64,000 nt of DNA from an uncultured Pseudobdellovibrionaceae bacterium (GCA_964628445.1 CAZVOP010000008.1:5376-69375); one strand, 5' to 3'; shown: positions 1 to 9,969, counted from the stretch's first letter. Numbers and translations are program-made. The notes: generated by a model from the letters alone, not told the origin.

Positions 1-323
1 GTCTTAGTGATGTTGACGGTGTTGATCCGGAGATTCAGCGCCTGGGCATCCTTCTGCGCTTGGCCTATGCCGCCGCCGGAATCGATCCAAGTCTGTGCCG
101 TAAGAAGCGCTCTGTCGAATTCGGGCGGGAGGGAGTCGCGGTACTCCTTAAGCGAGCGGTCTTCAAAGTAACCGGCTCGATTCACGATTTTTCGCGCCAG
201 CTTTTCGGGTGCGGATGTAAGCTTTAACTCGCAAACCGCGACCTTCGCGAAGGCATTCGCACTAATGGAAAGGGCCGTAATAAGGAGCGCCTGACGGAGT
301 CCCATTCGGGCTATAGATGCCAT
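1..323 (-). CDS. hypothetical secreted protein, N-terminal part (gene runs off the window start)
   Basis: Manual minus-strand translation from ATG 323..321 gives MASIARMGLRQALLITALSISANAFAKV..., which looks like a signal peptide. The frame stays open to position 1. It is absent from the ORF track because it is truncated. Confidence 0.4.
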   Translation of the reverse strand, partial: MASIARMGLRQALLITALSISANAFAKVAVCELKLTSAPEKLARKIVNRAGYFEDRSLKEYRDSLPPEFDRALLTAQTWIDSGGGIGQAQKDAQALNLRINTVNITK

Positions 324-430
324 AATTATTCCAGGGACGAAACCCCTATAATGCAGGTCATGAAGGCTAAGGTGCCGGTTCCTGCGATTAGGGACATTTA
401 ACGCGCTGTTTAGCCAATATGGCATTTATT

Positions 431-450
431 TACCTTCGGCGCCGAAGGTA
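431..450. repeat. 20-bp perfect palindrome TACCTTCGGCGCCGAAGGTA (copy 1 of a dispersed palindromic family)
   Basis: Read directly. It lies between two minus-strand genes and could act as a terminator hairpin. Confidence 0.9.
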
Positions 451-485
451 AAGCTAGATTCGATCGCGCAAGAACATCAGCGCGG

Positions 486-1115
486 TTATTTGCTGTTCGA
501 ATAAACCGTGCACATCCAGTCGTGACGGAGTTCACCGTTTGAAGAGCGGTTGTAGGTTTTTCGGCAAGTGATCGTAATAAAGTGGCCAGCGCTTTGAAAC
601 GACAGCATAGGCGGAAGCCGTTGCCCGAAGAATCGGGCTTTTTCGCCGTAGAAACTAAAGACCGCGCCGCTCACGCTTGCCGGGACGATACCAAGAACGC
701 CACGGTCGACAGGGCCGTTGAAGGTAAAAAACTTGCTGGCTGCGGGGTATTGCCAGTCCACGATCTCTTCGTTGTTGTCTCTTTGCCATTCCGCACGCGG
801 CCTTAGCGAGAAAGTGCACATGAAATCATGGCGCGGGGAATTGTCGGTCGGGCGATTGTAATCGGGGCCGCAGTCGAGCAAGACGGCCCACAGATCACTC
901 AAAAAAGCGAGCGAGCGCCAGTCCTTTTGCACCGACGAGATCGGCATAACCTTCATCAACGCAGAGGTGTCGCCGCCGTAAATTTTGATTTCCTCGTGCG
1001 ACACGCCTTGTGCCGGGGCCACGCCAAGAACGTCAACGATCGCAATACCGCCGTCGTTTGCATGCGCTAAATTTAGGGAACAAGCCATAACCAGTAACCA
1101 CAGCCACTTTGTCAT
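486..1115 (-). CDS. hypothetical secreted protein with an internal duplication
   Basis: 209-aa ORF with the signal-like N-terminus MTKWLWLLVMACSLNLAHA. Two related half-domains each end in C..YNR(x7)RHD(F/W)MCT. Confidence 0.6.
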   Translation of the reverse strand: MTKWLWLLVMACSLNLAHANDGGIAIVDVLGVAPAQGVSHEEIKIYGGDTSALMKVMPISSVQKDWRSLAFLSDLWAVLLDCGPDYNRPTDNSPRHDFMCTFSLRPRAEWQRDNNEEIVDWQYPAASKFFTFNGPVDRGVLGIVPASVSGAVFSFYGEKARFFGQRLPPMLSFQSAGHFITITCRKTYNRSSNGELRHDWMCTVYSNSK

Positions 1116-1173
1116 TGGGATGCCTTCCGCGGAATGAATTCCACCCGCTTATACCTGACGCGGATCGACTCGG

Positions 1174-1389
1174 CTACAGCGAAAGTTCGAGCAGTTGCTG
1201 CTTAAGTTGTTCCATAAGTTGGGTCCGCCGCTCTTTTTCCTCATCGGCGAGGACGGGTTCGGTGTCGATCTCCAAGTTGAGTTCTTCGAGCTGAAGTTTC
1301 AGCTTGCGGCAGAGATCTTGTAGGCCCGAAGGAAGATTGCGTTTGTCTTTCACTCCTAAAGGATAGGTAGAAGCATATCGTTTTGACAA
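1174..1389 (-). CDS. small hypothetical charged/coiled-coil-like protein
   Basis: 71-aa ORF, divergent from ettA, with an E/L/K-rich C-terminus. No recognisable family. Confidence 0.35.
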   Translation of the reverse strand: MSKRYASTYPLGVKDKRNLPSGLQDLCRKLKLQLEELNLEIDTEPVLADEEKERRTQLMEQLKQQLLELSL

Positions 1390-1441
1390 GGGAGAAAGCG
1401 TTCGTTACAGATTCATTGTCACTCACGAGGAGAAATAGATC

Positions 1442-3121
1442 ATGTCTCACGAAATTATCTACACCATGAAGGGTGTCAGCAAAGTCTATCCGCCCAATAA
1501 GTACGTTCTCAAAAATATTTATCTTTCATATTTCTACGGGGCAAAGATAGGCGTTTTGGGTTTGAACGGCGCCGGAAAATCCACATTGCTGAAGATTATG
1601 GCAGGCGTGGATCACGAATTCCTCGGTGAAGCTTTCCCGGCGCGCGCTTTCAAAGTCGGATATCTCGAACAAACTCCCAAGCTTAATGAGGCGAAGACCG
1701 TTAAAGAAAACGTGATGGAAGGGCTCGGCGAGCTGAACGACTTGCTGATCGAATTCCAAAAGATCTCCGAAAAATTCAACGATCCCGATCTCGATCCCGA
1801 TGAAATGAATACGTTGATCGAAAAGCAAGGCGTGGTCCAAGAGCAAATCGAAGCGCGCGATGGCTGGGAAGTCGATCAGAAAGTCGAAACCGCCATGGAA
1901 GCATTGAGGTGTCCTCCGGGCGATCTTCCCGTCACGAATCTTTCGGGAGGGGAGGCGAGACGTGTCGCTCTTTGCCGCTTGCTTCTCTCGAACCCCGATA
2001 TTTTGCTGCTCGATGAACCGACCAACCATCTCGATGCCGAAAGCGTCGGTTGGCTTGAGAACTTCCTACATAAGTTCCCCGGCACCGTGATCGCGGTCAC
2101 TCACGATCGTTACTTCTTGGACAATGTGGCCGGCTGGATTCTTGAACTTGACCGCGGCGAAGGCATTCCGTGGAAGGGCAACTACACCTCATGGCTTGAG
2201 CAAAAAGAGAAACGCCAGGAGCAAGAACAAAAGTCCGAACAAAAGCGCAACAGAAACTTGGAGCGCGAATTGGAATGGGTGCGGATGTCCCCGCGCGCCA
2301 GACAAGCCAAGGCGAAGTCGCGCTTAAGTGCTTACGAAAATCTGCTCAAAGAGCCGACCGCCGAAAAACTGCAAGAGATGCAGATCTACATTCCGCCGGG
2401 CCCGCGTCTGGGCGAAGTGGTCATCGAGGCCAATAATATTTCGAAGGCTTACGGCGATAAACTCCTCTATGACAATTTGTCGTTCAGCATTCCGCGCGGC
2501 GCGATCGTCGGCATCGTCGGCCCCAACGGGGCCGGCAAAACCACATTGTTCCGTATGATCACCGGCCAAGAGAAGCCCGACTCAGGCTCTTTTAAAGTCG
2601 GCGACACGGTGAAGCTTGGCTACCTCGATCAGTCGCGCTCGAACATGAATCCCGAGTTACCCGTATGGGAAGAGATCTCCGACAAGCAGGATATCGTCCG
2701 CTTGGGCGCCAGAGAGGTTCCGGCGCGGGCCTATGCCTCATGGTTCGCCTTCTCGGGCGAAGCGCAGCAGAAGCGCGTGAAGGACCTTTCCGGAGGCGAG
2801 AGAAACCGCCTCTACATGGCGAAGATGTTAAAGAGCGGCGGCAACGTCCTTTTGCTGGATGAGCCGACCAACGATTTGGACGTCAACACCATGCGGGCAC
2901 TCGAGGAATCGATGCTCGAGTTCGGCGGCTGTGTGTTGGTGATCTCCCACGATCGCTGGTTTCTGGACCGCATTTGCACCCATATTTTGGCTTTTGAAGG
3001 CGACAGCAAAGTGGAGTTCTTCCACGGCAACTATCAAGAGTACGAGGCGGATCTTAAGAAGCGGCTCGGTGTTGAGACGCTGGTGCCGAAGCGGATTCAT
3101 TATCGCAAGCTAACTCACTGA
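1442..3121 (+). CDS. ettA: energy-dependent translational throttle protein EttA (ABC-F ATPase)
   Basis: 559 aa, colinear with E. coli EttA. It has two Walker A motifs (GLNGAGKST, GPNGAGKTT), two LSGGE signatures, and the ITHDRYFLDNVAGWILELDRGEGIPW block. Confidence 0.95.
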   Translation: MSHEIIYTMKGVSKVYPPNKYVLKNIYLSYFYGAKIGVLGLNGAGKSTLLKIMAGVDHEFLGEAFPARAFKVGYLEQTPKLNEAKTVKENVMEGLGELNDLLIEFQKISEKFNDPDLDPDEMNTLIEKQGVVQEQIEARDGWEVDQKVETAMEALRCPPGDLPVTNLSGGEARRVALCRLLLSNPDILLLDEPTNHLDAESVGWLENFLHKFPGTVIAVTHDRYFLDNVAGWILELDRGEGIPWKGNYTSWLEQKEKRQEQEQKSEQKRNRNLERELEWVRMSPRARQAKAKSRLSAYENLLKEPTAEKLQEMQIYIPPGPRLGEVVIEANNISKAYGDKLLYDNLSFSIPRGAIVGIVGPNGAGKTTLFRMITGQEKPDSGSFKVGDTVKLGYLDQSRSNMNPELPVWEEISDKQDIVRLGAREVPARAYASWFAFSGEAQQKRVKDLSGGERNRLYMAKMLKSGGNVLLLDEPTNDLDVNTMRALEESMLEFGGCVLVISHDRWFLDRICTHILAFEGDSKVEFFHGNYQEYEADLKKRLGVETLVPKRIHYRKLTH

Positions 3122-3154
3122 ATATTGCGGGAGCGGGTGTTACCGCTCCCTACG

Positions 3155-3739
3155 TTACTGCTCCCTGAGACTTTTCAATAGAGATTCATATATAGACTGA
3201 AGGCGGAGGAAATCTTCGCCCCTTTTCGCACGCACATCGGCCGGCAAATCTTGCCCCTGAGAATCGGGGTGAAGTTGCTTGGCCAAGCGGCGGTGCGCCT
3301 TTTTCAGCAGTGAACTCGAGATTTTCATAGGGAAATTTGCGCCCATCCGAGTCAAAATCGCGATTTGCAGCTGAATGTCCGGAGCGAGTTTATCGATCAA
3401 AAATGAAGGCTCCTCAGGGGGCGGCACAACTTGCGCGGGAGCCGCGACGGCGATCTTCACTTTTTCCCGAGGGGGCGGGGGAGCGTAACCGGATTTTTTT
3501 GCCGCTTTGACTTGCGCTTGAAACCATATGAATTCAGGCTCATGAGAGGTAAATTGCGGCTTAAACTCAGCTTTCTTCGCACTTTCCCCTCTGGAAGCAG
3601 GCGATTCCTCCTCGAGAAACTGCGATAAAATCTGCTGAAAAGTCGTCGCCTTCATATGTAAACGTATCGGTTTGAAGCGGTTTTCCATTGAGAAAACCGG
3701 ACCTTTCCTGGCCAAAAATTCTGCTTTTTCGAATATCAT
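3155..3739 (-). CDS. J-domain-containing protein (J domain at the C-terminus)
   Basis: The C-terminal stretch KKAHRRLAKQLHPDSQ...FLRLQSIYESLL has the HPD motif and J-domain helices. The N-terminal part is Pro-rich with no recognisable family. Confidence 0.65.
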   Translation of the reverse strand: MIFEKAEFLARKGPVFSMENRFKPIRLHMKATTFQQILSQFLEEESPASRGESAKKAEFKPQFTSHEPEFIWFQAQVKAAKKSGYAPPPPREKVKIAVAAPAQVVPPPEEPSFLIDKLAPDIQLQIAILTRMGANFPMKISSSLLKKAHRRLAKQLHPDSQGQDLPADVRAKRGEDFLRLQSIYESLLKSLREQ

Positions 3740-3878
3740 AGGAGTGGATGTGACCGCTCCCTCGAGTGAAAAAAGTGATTTTTACTGCATTTTTCTTTTG
3801 CCAAGGGTTTGCAAGTCAGTATCATCGTCTGTGTGAGCCAACACTAATTTAACCAAAGTAATTTGGAGGGGAAACTAA

Positions 3879-4244
3879 ATGGCTACTAAAAAAGCTACGA
3901 AAAAGGCGACCAAGAAAGCTACGAAGAAAGCCGCAAAAGGCACGACCAAAAAAGCAGTGGCTAAAAAAGCTACGAAAAAAGCCGGCGCAAAACGCAAGCC
4001 CAACGCTGCGTTCATGAAGCCGCTGACTCCCAGCGCGGCTCTCGCGGAAATCGTGGGATCTTCCCCGCTTCCCCGCACACAAGTTGTTAAAAAATTGTGG
4101 GCGTACATCAAAAAGAACGGTCTTCAAGATTCGAAGAACCGCCGCAACATCAATGCAGACGCCAAGTTGAAGACCGTTTTCGGTAAAGGCACTGTTTCGA
4201 TGTTCGAAATGACTAAACTCGTAAGCAAACACTTGCGCGGCTAA
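3879..4244 (+). CDS. SWIB/MDM2 domain protein with an N-terminal Lys/Ala-rich (KKAT)n tail
   Basis: The N-terminus reads MATKKATKKATKKATKKAAKGTTKK. It is followed by a SWIB-like core: LTPSAALAEIVGSSPLPRTQVVKKLWAYIKKNGLQD...RNINADAKLKTVFG. A GGAGGG RBS lies upstream. Confidence 0.85.
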   Translation: MATKKATKKATKKATKKAAKGTTKKAVAKKATKKAGAKRKPNAAFMKPLTPSAALAEIVGSSPLPRTQVVKKLWAYIKKNGLQDSKNRRNINADAKLKTVFGKGTVSMFEMTKLVSKHLRG

Positions 4245-4247
4245 GTC

Positions 4248-4280
4248 CAAAAGCCTCCCGTTATAGGGAGGCTTTTGATA
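4248..4280 (+). terminator. intrinsic terminator-like hairpin after the SWIB gene
   Basis: 12-bp stem CAAAAGCCTCCC / GGGAGGCTTTTG (4248-4259 / 4266-4277) with a 6-nt loop and a T-rich tail. Confidence 0.65.
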
Positions 4281-4333
4281 TTGAAAGCGCCCGCTTGCGG
4301 GCATTTTGATATTCTCGTTTTTAAGGCTCAATG

Positions 4334-4365
4334 AAAACCCTCGGAGACCCCGAGGGTTTTTTATT
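4334..4365. terminator. bidirectional-type intrinsic terminator hairpin
   Basis: AAAACCCTCGG-agacc-CCGAGGGTTTT, with an A-run on the 5' side and a T-run on the 3' side. Confidence 0.6.
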
Positions 4366-4576
4366 TGCGGGAAGCGTGGGCGCGCGCCGCACTCCCCGAG
4401 ATGCTTGTAGGAAATTCATTCTTGTAAAACGAAAAGCGCGCGGGTCCCGCCGCGTGCGTGACGACTTTCCGCGATCTTCAGAGGGGAATTAACCATTTAC
4501 TCACTGGGAATGGTCTTTGCTATAGGCTTTATCCACGAAGCGTGGCGAGACAAGGTTCCAGGGAACGGAGTACTTG

Positions 4577-4825
4577 ATGAGCAAATCTCAAGGTGACAGG
4601 CGAAGGTTGGGTTGGTTAACGGCAGCGATGCTGTTTGCTGTTCTTTCGTCTCCGGCTTGGGGCCTTGATCTCGACCATGAAATTGCCAAGAACGAAGCGG
4701 TTGCCACAGAGATCCGCGCCACGCTGGGACGCAGCCAGCCCGCCGCGACGAAGAGCAAGGCGGAAGGCGACCAGCAAGTCCAAGTCAAACTTATCAAGCG
4801 CGTAAAGAAAGCCAAGCGCTCTTAA
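4577..4825 (+). CDS. small hypothetical secreted protein
   Basis: ORF with a hydrophobic signal-like segment (LGWLTAAMLFAVLSSPAWG). The ATG at 4577 is preferred over the TTG at 4574. Confidence 0.4.
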   Translation: MSKSQGDRRRLGWLTAAMLFAVLSSPAWGLDLDHEIAKNEAVATEIRATLGRSQPAATKSKAEGDQQVQVKLIKRVKKAKRS

Positions 4826-4866
4826 AGCGACCCGGCCTTGCGGGGCCTCTTAAGTTCTGCTACCTC

Positions 4867-5628
4867 ATGATTATGACCCCACTGACTAAAGACGAAATCC
4901 CTAAAATGAAGGCCGCAGGTCAACTCGCGGGCAGAACCCTCGAGATGATCGCCAAATACATTAAGGCCGGGATCACCACCAACGAGATCGACAAGATCAT
5001 TCACGATTACACTCTCTCCAACGGCGCCATCCCCGCACCGCTGGGCTATCACGGCTATCCTAAGTCCAGCTGCACGTCGGTCAATTCAATGATCTGCCAC
5101 GGAGTCCCCGATGGGACCGTGCTCAAAGACGGCGACATCATCAATGTCGACATCACGTGCATCAAGGATGGCTTCTTCGGCGACACCTCGCGCACGTTTT
5201 TTGTCGGCGAAGTCTCCGAGCAAGCGAAGATCATCACCGAGTGTGCCGAAAAAGCCATGTGGAAGGGGATCGAAGAGGTTCGCGCGGGAGCCACGACCGG
5301 CGACATCGGTTTTGCGATCAATAAGTTCGTCACCAAGCAGGGCTTCTACGTCGTGCGTGAAATCGGCGGCCACGGGATCGGCAAGATCTTCCACGACGAT
5401 CCTTTTGTGCCGTCTTATGGGAAGAAGGGGCGCGGCGAGCGCCTGCGGGCCGGTTGCTGCATCACGGTGGAACCGATGATCAACGAGACCGACGCTGAAA
5501 TCGAAGAGTTCGATATCCCGGGCAGCGAGATCAAGTTCTACCACACGGCGGATCGGACTCTCTCTGCGCAATTTGAGCACACCTTGCTCATTACCGACGC
5601 CGGTTACGAAATCATGACGTTGCCCTAG
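4867..5628 (+). CDS. map: type I methionine aminopeptidase
   Basis: 253 aa with MAP type I blocks: HGYPKSSCTSVNSMICHGVP, DIINVDIT, FGDTSRTF, GHGIG, TVEPMI and QFEHT. Confidence 0.95.
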   Translation: MIMTPLTKDEIPKMKAAGQLAGRTLEMIAKYIKAGITTNEIDKIIHDYTLSNGAIPAPLGYHGYPKSSCTSVNSMICHGVPDGTVLKDGDIINVDITCIKDGFFGDTSRTFFVGEVSEQAKIITECAEKAMWKGIEEVRAGATTGDIGFAINKFVTKQGFYVVREIGGHGIGKIFHDDPFVPSYGKKGRGERLRAGCCITVEPMINETDAEIEEFDIPGSEIKFYHTADRTLSAQFEHTLLITDAGYEIMTLP

Positions 5629-5675
5629 CGGCGTTCGTCCTTTACACTGCCACCAAATAAATCCCAGGAGATCGC

Positions 5676-7115
5676 ATGCGCGAGGTTTCGAATATGAAAG
5701 CTAAAGGCAAGAATTCCACGAAGAATAAAGTCCTCAATCAAAAAGCCACCGGCAAAATGTCGGCGCAAAAGTCTTTAGCCGCGACGGCTTCGGGTGTCGA
5801 TTACCGCGTGTGCCTTGAAGCGATGGAAGATCCCAAAAAATTCGCCGAGATGGCGCGTTGGGGCCGTGAAGAAATCAAAATCGCCGAAACCGAAATGCCG
5901 GGCTTGATGGCCTTACGTAAAGAGTTCGGCAAATCGAAGCCTTTGAAAAACGCGCGCATTGCCGGCTGCCTGCATATGACCATTCAAACCGCGGTGTTGA
6001 TCGAAACTTTGATCGAGCTGGGTGCAAAGATCCGCTGGTCTTCATGCAATATCTTTTCGACTCAAGATCATGCCGCAGTGGCGATCGCCGCAGCCGGAAT
6101 CCCGGTTTTCGCTTGGAAAGGCGAGACCGACGAAGAGTTCAACTGGTGCATCGAGCAGACCATCACCGGTTGGGGCCCCGAAGGCTTTGACCTGATCTTG
6201 GATGACGGCGGTGATCTCACCAACATGATGCATGAGGCGCGCTTTTTGAAGCTGATGAAGCAGATCGTGGGCATCTCGGAAGAAACCACCACGGGTGTCC
6301 ACAACCTCGAGAGACTGCACAAAGACGGCAAGCTCAAAGTTCCCGCGATCAACATCAACGACTCCGTGACCAAATCGAAGTTCGACAATTTGTACGGCTG
6401 TCGCGAGTCGCTGGCCGACGGAATCAAGCGTGCCACCGACGTGATGTTGGCCGGTAAAAAAGTCGTTGTCGCAGGCTACGGCGACGTTGGAAAAGGTTGT
6501 GCTCATTCGATGAAGTCCTACGGCGCACGTGTTTTGGTGACTGAAATCGATCCGATCTGCGCGCTGCAAGCGGCGATGGAAGGCTATGAGGTCTGCACCA
6601 TGGAAGAGGCCGTTTTGGAAGGCGATATTTTCGTCACCGCCACCGGTTGCTGCGACATTTTGACCGAGAAGCATTTCAAAAACATGAAGTCGGGCGCCAT
6701 CGTCTGCAACATCGGCCACTTTGATATTGAAATCGACATGGCTTGGTTGAACAAAAACACCAAGCAGCGCGAAGTGAAGCCGCAAGTCGACATTCACACC
6801 TTCAAAGACGGGCGCGAGATCATCGTGTTGGCTAAAGGCCGCTTGGTGAATTTAGGCTGCGCCACGGGACACCCGTCCTTCGTGATGAGCAACTCGTTCA
6901 CCAATCAGGTGCTGGCGCAAATGGAACTGTGGATGAATCGCACGAAGTACAAAGAGATCGCGGTTTATCGCTTGCCGAAAGAGCTCGACGAGAAAGTCGC
7001 GGCCTTGCATTTAGAGAAAATCGGCGTGCGCCTCACCAAGCTCAGCGACAAGCAGGCCAAATATTTGGACATGAACCCGAAGGGGCCGTTTAAGCCCGAT
7101 CATTACCGCTACTAA
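5676..7115 (+). CDS. ahcY: adenosylhomocysteinase
   Basis: Carries [16 protein letters not shown]-like, [28 protein letters not shown], the [11 protein letters not shown] motif, GHFD.EID and GHPSFVMS blocks. The start is uncertain and could be 5694. Confidence 0.95.
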   Translation: MREVSNMKAKGKNSTKNKVLNQKATGKMSAQKSLAATASGVDYRVCLEAMEDPKKFAEMARWGREEIKIAETEMPGLMALRKEFGKSKPLKNARIAGCLHMTIQTAVLIETLIELGAKIRWSSCNIFSTQDHAAVAIAAAGIPVFAWKGETDEEFNWCIEQTITGWGPEGFDLILDDGGDLTNMMHEARFLKLMKQIVGISEETTTGVHNLERLHKDGKLKVPAININDSVTKSKFDNLYGCRESLADGIKRATDVMLAGKKVVVAGYGDVGKGCAHSMKSYGARVLVTEIDPICALQAAMEGYEVCTMEEAVLEGDIFVTATGCCDILTEKHFKNMKSGAIVCNIGHFDIEIDMAWLNKNTKQREVKPQVDIHTFKDGREIIVLAKGRLVNLGCATGHPSFVMSNSFTNQVLAQMELWMNRTKYKEIAVYRLPKELDEKVAALHLEKIGVRLTKLSDKQAKYLDMNPKGPFKPDHYRY

Positions 7116-7118
7116 TTA

Positions 7119-7150
7119 CAAAAGGCTCCGTAAGGAGCCTTTTGTTTTTG
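7119..7150. terminator. bidirectional intrinsic terminator between convergent genes
   Basis: CAAAAGGCTCC-gtaa-GGAGCCTTTTG followed by TTTTT. It sits between ahcY (+) and the ORF at 7168 (-). Confidence 0.75.
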
Positions 7151-7167
7151 ATTGTGCAATTTGAGGT

Positions 7168-7629
7168 TTAATCGACCAGATTGTAGGAACTCTGGCACAA
7201 AGCGATGTCCATCATATCTTGTTGTTTTTCTTCCGAAACGTTAAGCGTAACCTCTTTACCATTGATGATCACGGACAATTCCGTATCCGCGGTTGTACGG
7301 TTTTGCACTTTCACCGTCTTAAATGAATCATCATGGAATATAGTTTCACAAACTTTATCTGTGGCCACAACCGAATAGATTCTTTCATTGCTAAGAATGC
7401 TAATTCCAGTGAGCAAAAAAGAATGTGAAGTCATTGTCTTGATCGGGTTGAAAAAGAAGCCCTGTTCGGCGGCGCGATCTTTAAGCTCTGTAATGGCACT
7501 CTCAAATCTGAGCTGACGCTTCTCCAATGCCGTTCTCTGTTCCGCCTTCACTTTCGCATTTTTGGCGGTGTCATTGGCAAAAGCCACTGAGCCGAGCAAG
7601 GCGGTAACAAGTAAGATACTCTTCAACAT
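7168..7629 (-). CDS. hypothetical secreted protein
   Basis: 153-aa ORF with the signal peptide MLKSILLVTALLGSVAFA. Confidence 0.55.
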   Translation of the reverse strand: MLKSILLVTALLGSVAFANDTAKNAKVKAEQRTALEKRQLRFESAITELKDRAAEQGFFFNPIKTMTSHSFLLTGISILSNERIYSVVATDKVCETIFHDDSFKTVKVQNRTTADTELSVIINGKEVTLNVSEEKQQDMMDIALCQSSYNLVD

Positions 7630-7662
7630 ACGTACTCCTTTATTGGGCTAATAATTCCAAAA

Positions 7663-8958
7663 TTAGTTTCTTGATATCCGTTTTTTCGAGGAAGACTTTT
7701 TAGCAACCGGCACAGGCTTTGGAATGAAGTTGTTCTCGACAACATATAAAGTCTTAAAACCTTTGCGCATAACGATGTTGCCGTCGGCGCCGATCTTCAA
7801 TTGACCGTCTTTGGTGAAGTCGGGAATTTCCGGAGTGGCGTCGTAGGTATTGAAGCCCGAGACTTTAGCCAACTCCAGTTCGTTTTTAAAATTTAAAGTC
7901 TTACGGCGCTGTTGCGCGCGGGCGATACAAGCCGACTTCTGCTCGGGACTTGAGTCCGCCTTGTAGCAATGTCCAAAATCATTTTGCGCCAATTCGCCTT
8001 GCGTGACCGGGCCGCCGGTGGCGCGCACCATCCAAAACAGCTCGCGGGCTTGGCCGGCGAACATGCGCACGCAGGCTCCCGAAGCACGATGCCCTAACAT
8101 GCCTTCAGCTCCTCCGGGGACGCGGTGAGTGGCGATGCCGCGAGTGGTGTCGAAGAAGACGGCGTGATCCATGGCCGAGCCTTCCCAGTCGCTTGAAACG
8201 TGGTCGATATGCAAGTACTCAGGAACGTAGTAGCCGGTCGGGGTTTGCGAGAAATAGGAATTCTTCGGCGAGTGGTGGCCGGGGGCTATGCCGAGTTCTT
8301 GACGGTCGCACTCGGAGATCTCTTGTTCTTCACGGCCGGTGGAAACTTTCCAATTGTCTTTGACCAAAGTTAAAAGAGTGTCGGTCTTATTTATGCGGCG
8401 ATAGACCTTCATGTTTTGGCCGTACTGCGCTTTGTTGATCACCACCACAAGATCAAAGTATTTGGATTTCCAATCTGCGGGGTTTTTCATGTCATCGTGA
8501 GGGAAAACGACAGTGGGTTCATAGGGCGCTACCGGAAGCTTTGCGGCTCGTTGCTTGATCGGGCAATTAAGATCATTCTCGTTATAGCTCGGAGTTTGCG
8601 GGCGTTGCTGTTCCTGGGGTTGAGAAAATAAATTCAAAGGGTCTAAAGTGAAGCCGGAAGACTGTCCGCCGAAGTTTAAAAACTGCGCCTTATGGATCAA
8701 CGTCTCTTCTTGTTGCTCTTCGTTGTCGCGGCTTTCTTCGCTCTTTTGAATGACCTGATTCAGAAGCTCGCGCTTTTCATCATCGGAGAGATTCATTTTT
8801 TGAATCAAAGCGGGTTGTTGCGCCAACTGCTCCAATGTATAGGACGCCTGACGGCTACCCTGCGCTTGAAAGCTTTTGAATTGAGCCCCGACAACGGCGA
8901 ACGACGGAAGAGGGGCGAGGGTGGTGAGGCAAACGACAGCCAATTTCCAATTGCGCAT
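7663..8958 (-). CDS. L,D-transpeptidase (YkuD) domain protein
   Basis: YkuD catalytic signature HRVPGGAEGMLGHRASGACVRM, matching H...S.GC.R. The start is chosen at MRNWKLAVVCLTTLAPLPSFA (signal peptide). The ORF track extends it to 9015. Confidence 0.8.
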   Translation of the reverse strand: MRNWKLAVVCLTTLAPLPSFAVVGAQFKSFQAQGSRQASYTLEQLAQQPALIQKMNLSDDEKRELLNQVIQKSEESRDNEEQQEETLIHKAQFLNFGGQSSGFTLDPLNLFSQPQEQQRPQTPSYNENDLNCPIKQRAAKLPVAPYEPTVVFPHDDMKNPADWKSKYFDLVVVINKAQYGQNMKVYRRINKTDTLLTLVKDNWKVSTGREEQEISECDRQELGIAPGHHSPKNSYFSQTPTGYYVPEYLHIDHVSSDWEGSAMDHAVFFDTTRGIATHRVPGGAEGMLGHRASGACVRMFAGQARELFWMVRATGGPVTQGELAQNDFGHCYKADSSPEQKSACIARAQQRRKTLNFKNELELAKVSGFNTYDATPEIPDFTKDGQLKIGADGNIVMRKGFKTLYVVENNFIPKPVPVAKKSSSKKRISRN

Positions 8959-9157
8959 ATGCAAAAGCTCCGAGTTTACGATTTTTGGTTCCAAAGTGCT
9001 CTTTGCACCATCCATTCCAGGCTGGCGTGTAATTTATAGGGGGCTTAGTGACAAAAAGCGGCGCTGAAGCCGCCTTAAAATGCTTTAAAAGCTGATCCTA
9101 CCTGGGTTTTGAGAGCAAGCGCGAACGAAGCAAATAGGGCGGCCGCAAGAAGACAAT

Positions 9158-9715
9158 TCACTTCTGACTCACGGGTGCGAGCGGGTTGACGAAGGCCAAA
9201 TAAAATTTCATCTCGGCGATGCTTTCGCGAATATCGTCCAAAGCCCGGTGGCCGTCTTTTTTCTTAAAACGCAAATTAAACAAGCCGTTGTACATCACTT
9301 TAAATGAAGTGACGTCCATCATGCGGTAATGAAGAGTCGATTCGAACAGCGGCATATAGCGGTTGATGAACAAGCGGTCTTGTGCGATCGAATTGCCGGC
9401 CAAAATTGCGCCGCGATCGAAAGGAAAATATTTGCGCGAAAAAGCGGCAAGCTCCTGATCGACGAGCAAAGGATCTTTTCCATCCGGGATCAAAGCGGTG
9501 AGGCCGCTGTCTTTGTGGTGCGTGCGGTTCCAATCGTCCATGGCGTCCAGATATTTTTGCGGCTGCTTAATGACGGTGTGGTACTCGGCAATGGAGTTCA
9601 TCTGCCAATCGGTGGCGATCGCCGCGACCTCGATCGGTACCTCTTTATTCACATCAAGCCCGGACATTTCCATATCAAGCCACAGCAGTTCCGCTTTTCC
9701 GCTCATTTCCATCAC
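9158..9715 (-). CDS. orn: oligoribonuclease
   Basis: Colinear with E. coli Orn: LLWLDMEMSGLD, DDWN..H..SGL, GNSI.QDR.F, HYR..DVS and ALDDIRESI. Confidence 0.9.
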   Translation of the reverse strand: MMEMSGKAELLWLDMEMSGLDVNKEVPIEVAAIATDWQMNSIAEYHTVIKQPQKYLDAMDDWNRTHHKDSGLTALIPDGKDPLLVDQELAAFSRKYFPFDRGAILAGNSIAQDRLFINRYMPLFESTLHYRMMDVTSFKVMYNGLFNLRFKKKDGHRALDDIRESIAEMKFYLAFVNPLAPVSQK

Positions 9716-9969
9716 TCCATGTAGACGATCATGACGCCGTCATTTGCTTGGCCGTTACTCAATCGTTCCGGCGACCAAGGGTAGTTGGCGAGTTTTAAGT
9801 ACTCAACGACCTTGGCTTTCACTTTTCCCGTACCCTTACCGGGCATGATCCGCACTTGGTTTTTGCCGGCGTGTTGAGCCAAAAACTTCTCGATCGCATC
9901 GAACACGTCTTCGACTTTGTAGCCATGCAGATCGAGGGTGGGCGCTGGTTTTTGGTTTTTATTGCCCAT
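9712..9969 (-). CDS. Smr domain protein
   Basis: LDLHGYKVEDV...IMPGKGTGKVK is a Smr/MutS2 C-terminal-type motif. There is a 4-bp overlap with orn. Confidence 0.8.
   Translation of the reverse strand: MGNKNQKPAPTLDLHGYKVEDVFDAIEKFLAQHAGKNQVRIMPGKGTGKVKAKVVEYLKLANYPWSPERLSNGQANDGVMIVYME

Noticed and set aside
1526-2029. Long antisense or alternative-frame ORFs inside strongly supported genes. Examples are 1526-2029, 1876-2100, 5086-5580, 6042-6797, 10802-11176, 11558-12028, 17985-18416, 19700-20467, 20834-21319, 41497-41895 and 61962-62333.
   Set aside because: Each lies within, and opposite to or out of frame with, a gene that has clear family motifs. These are typical shadow ORFs of GC-rich coding DNA, with no motifs of their own.
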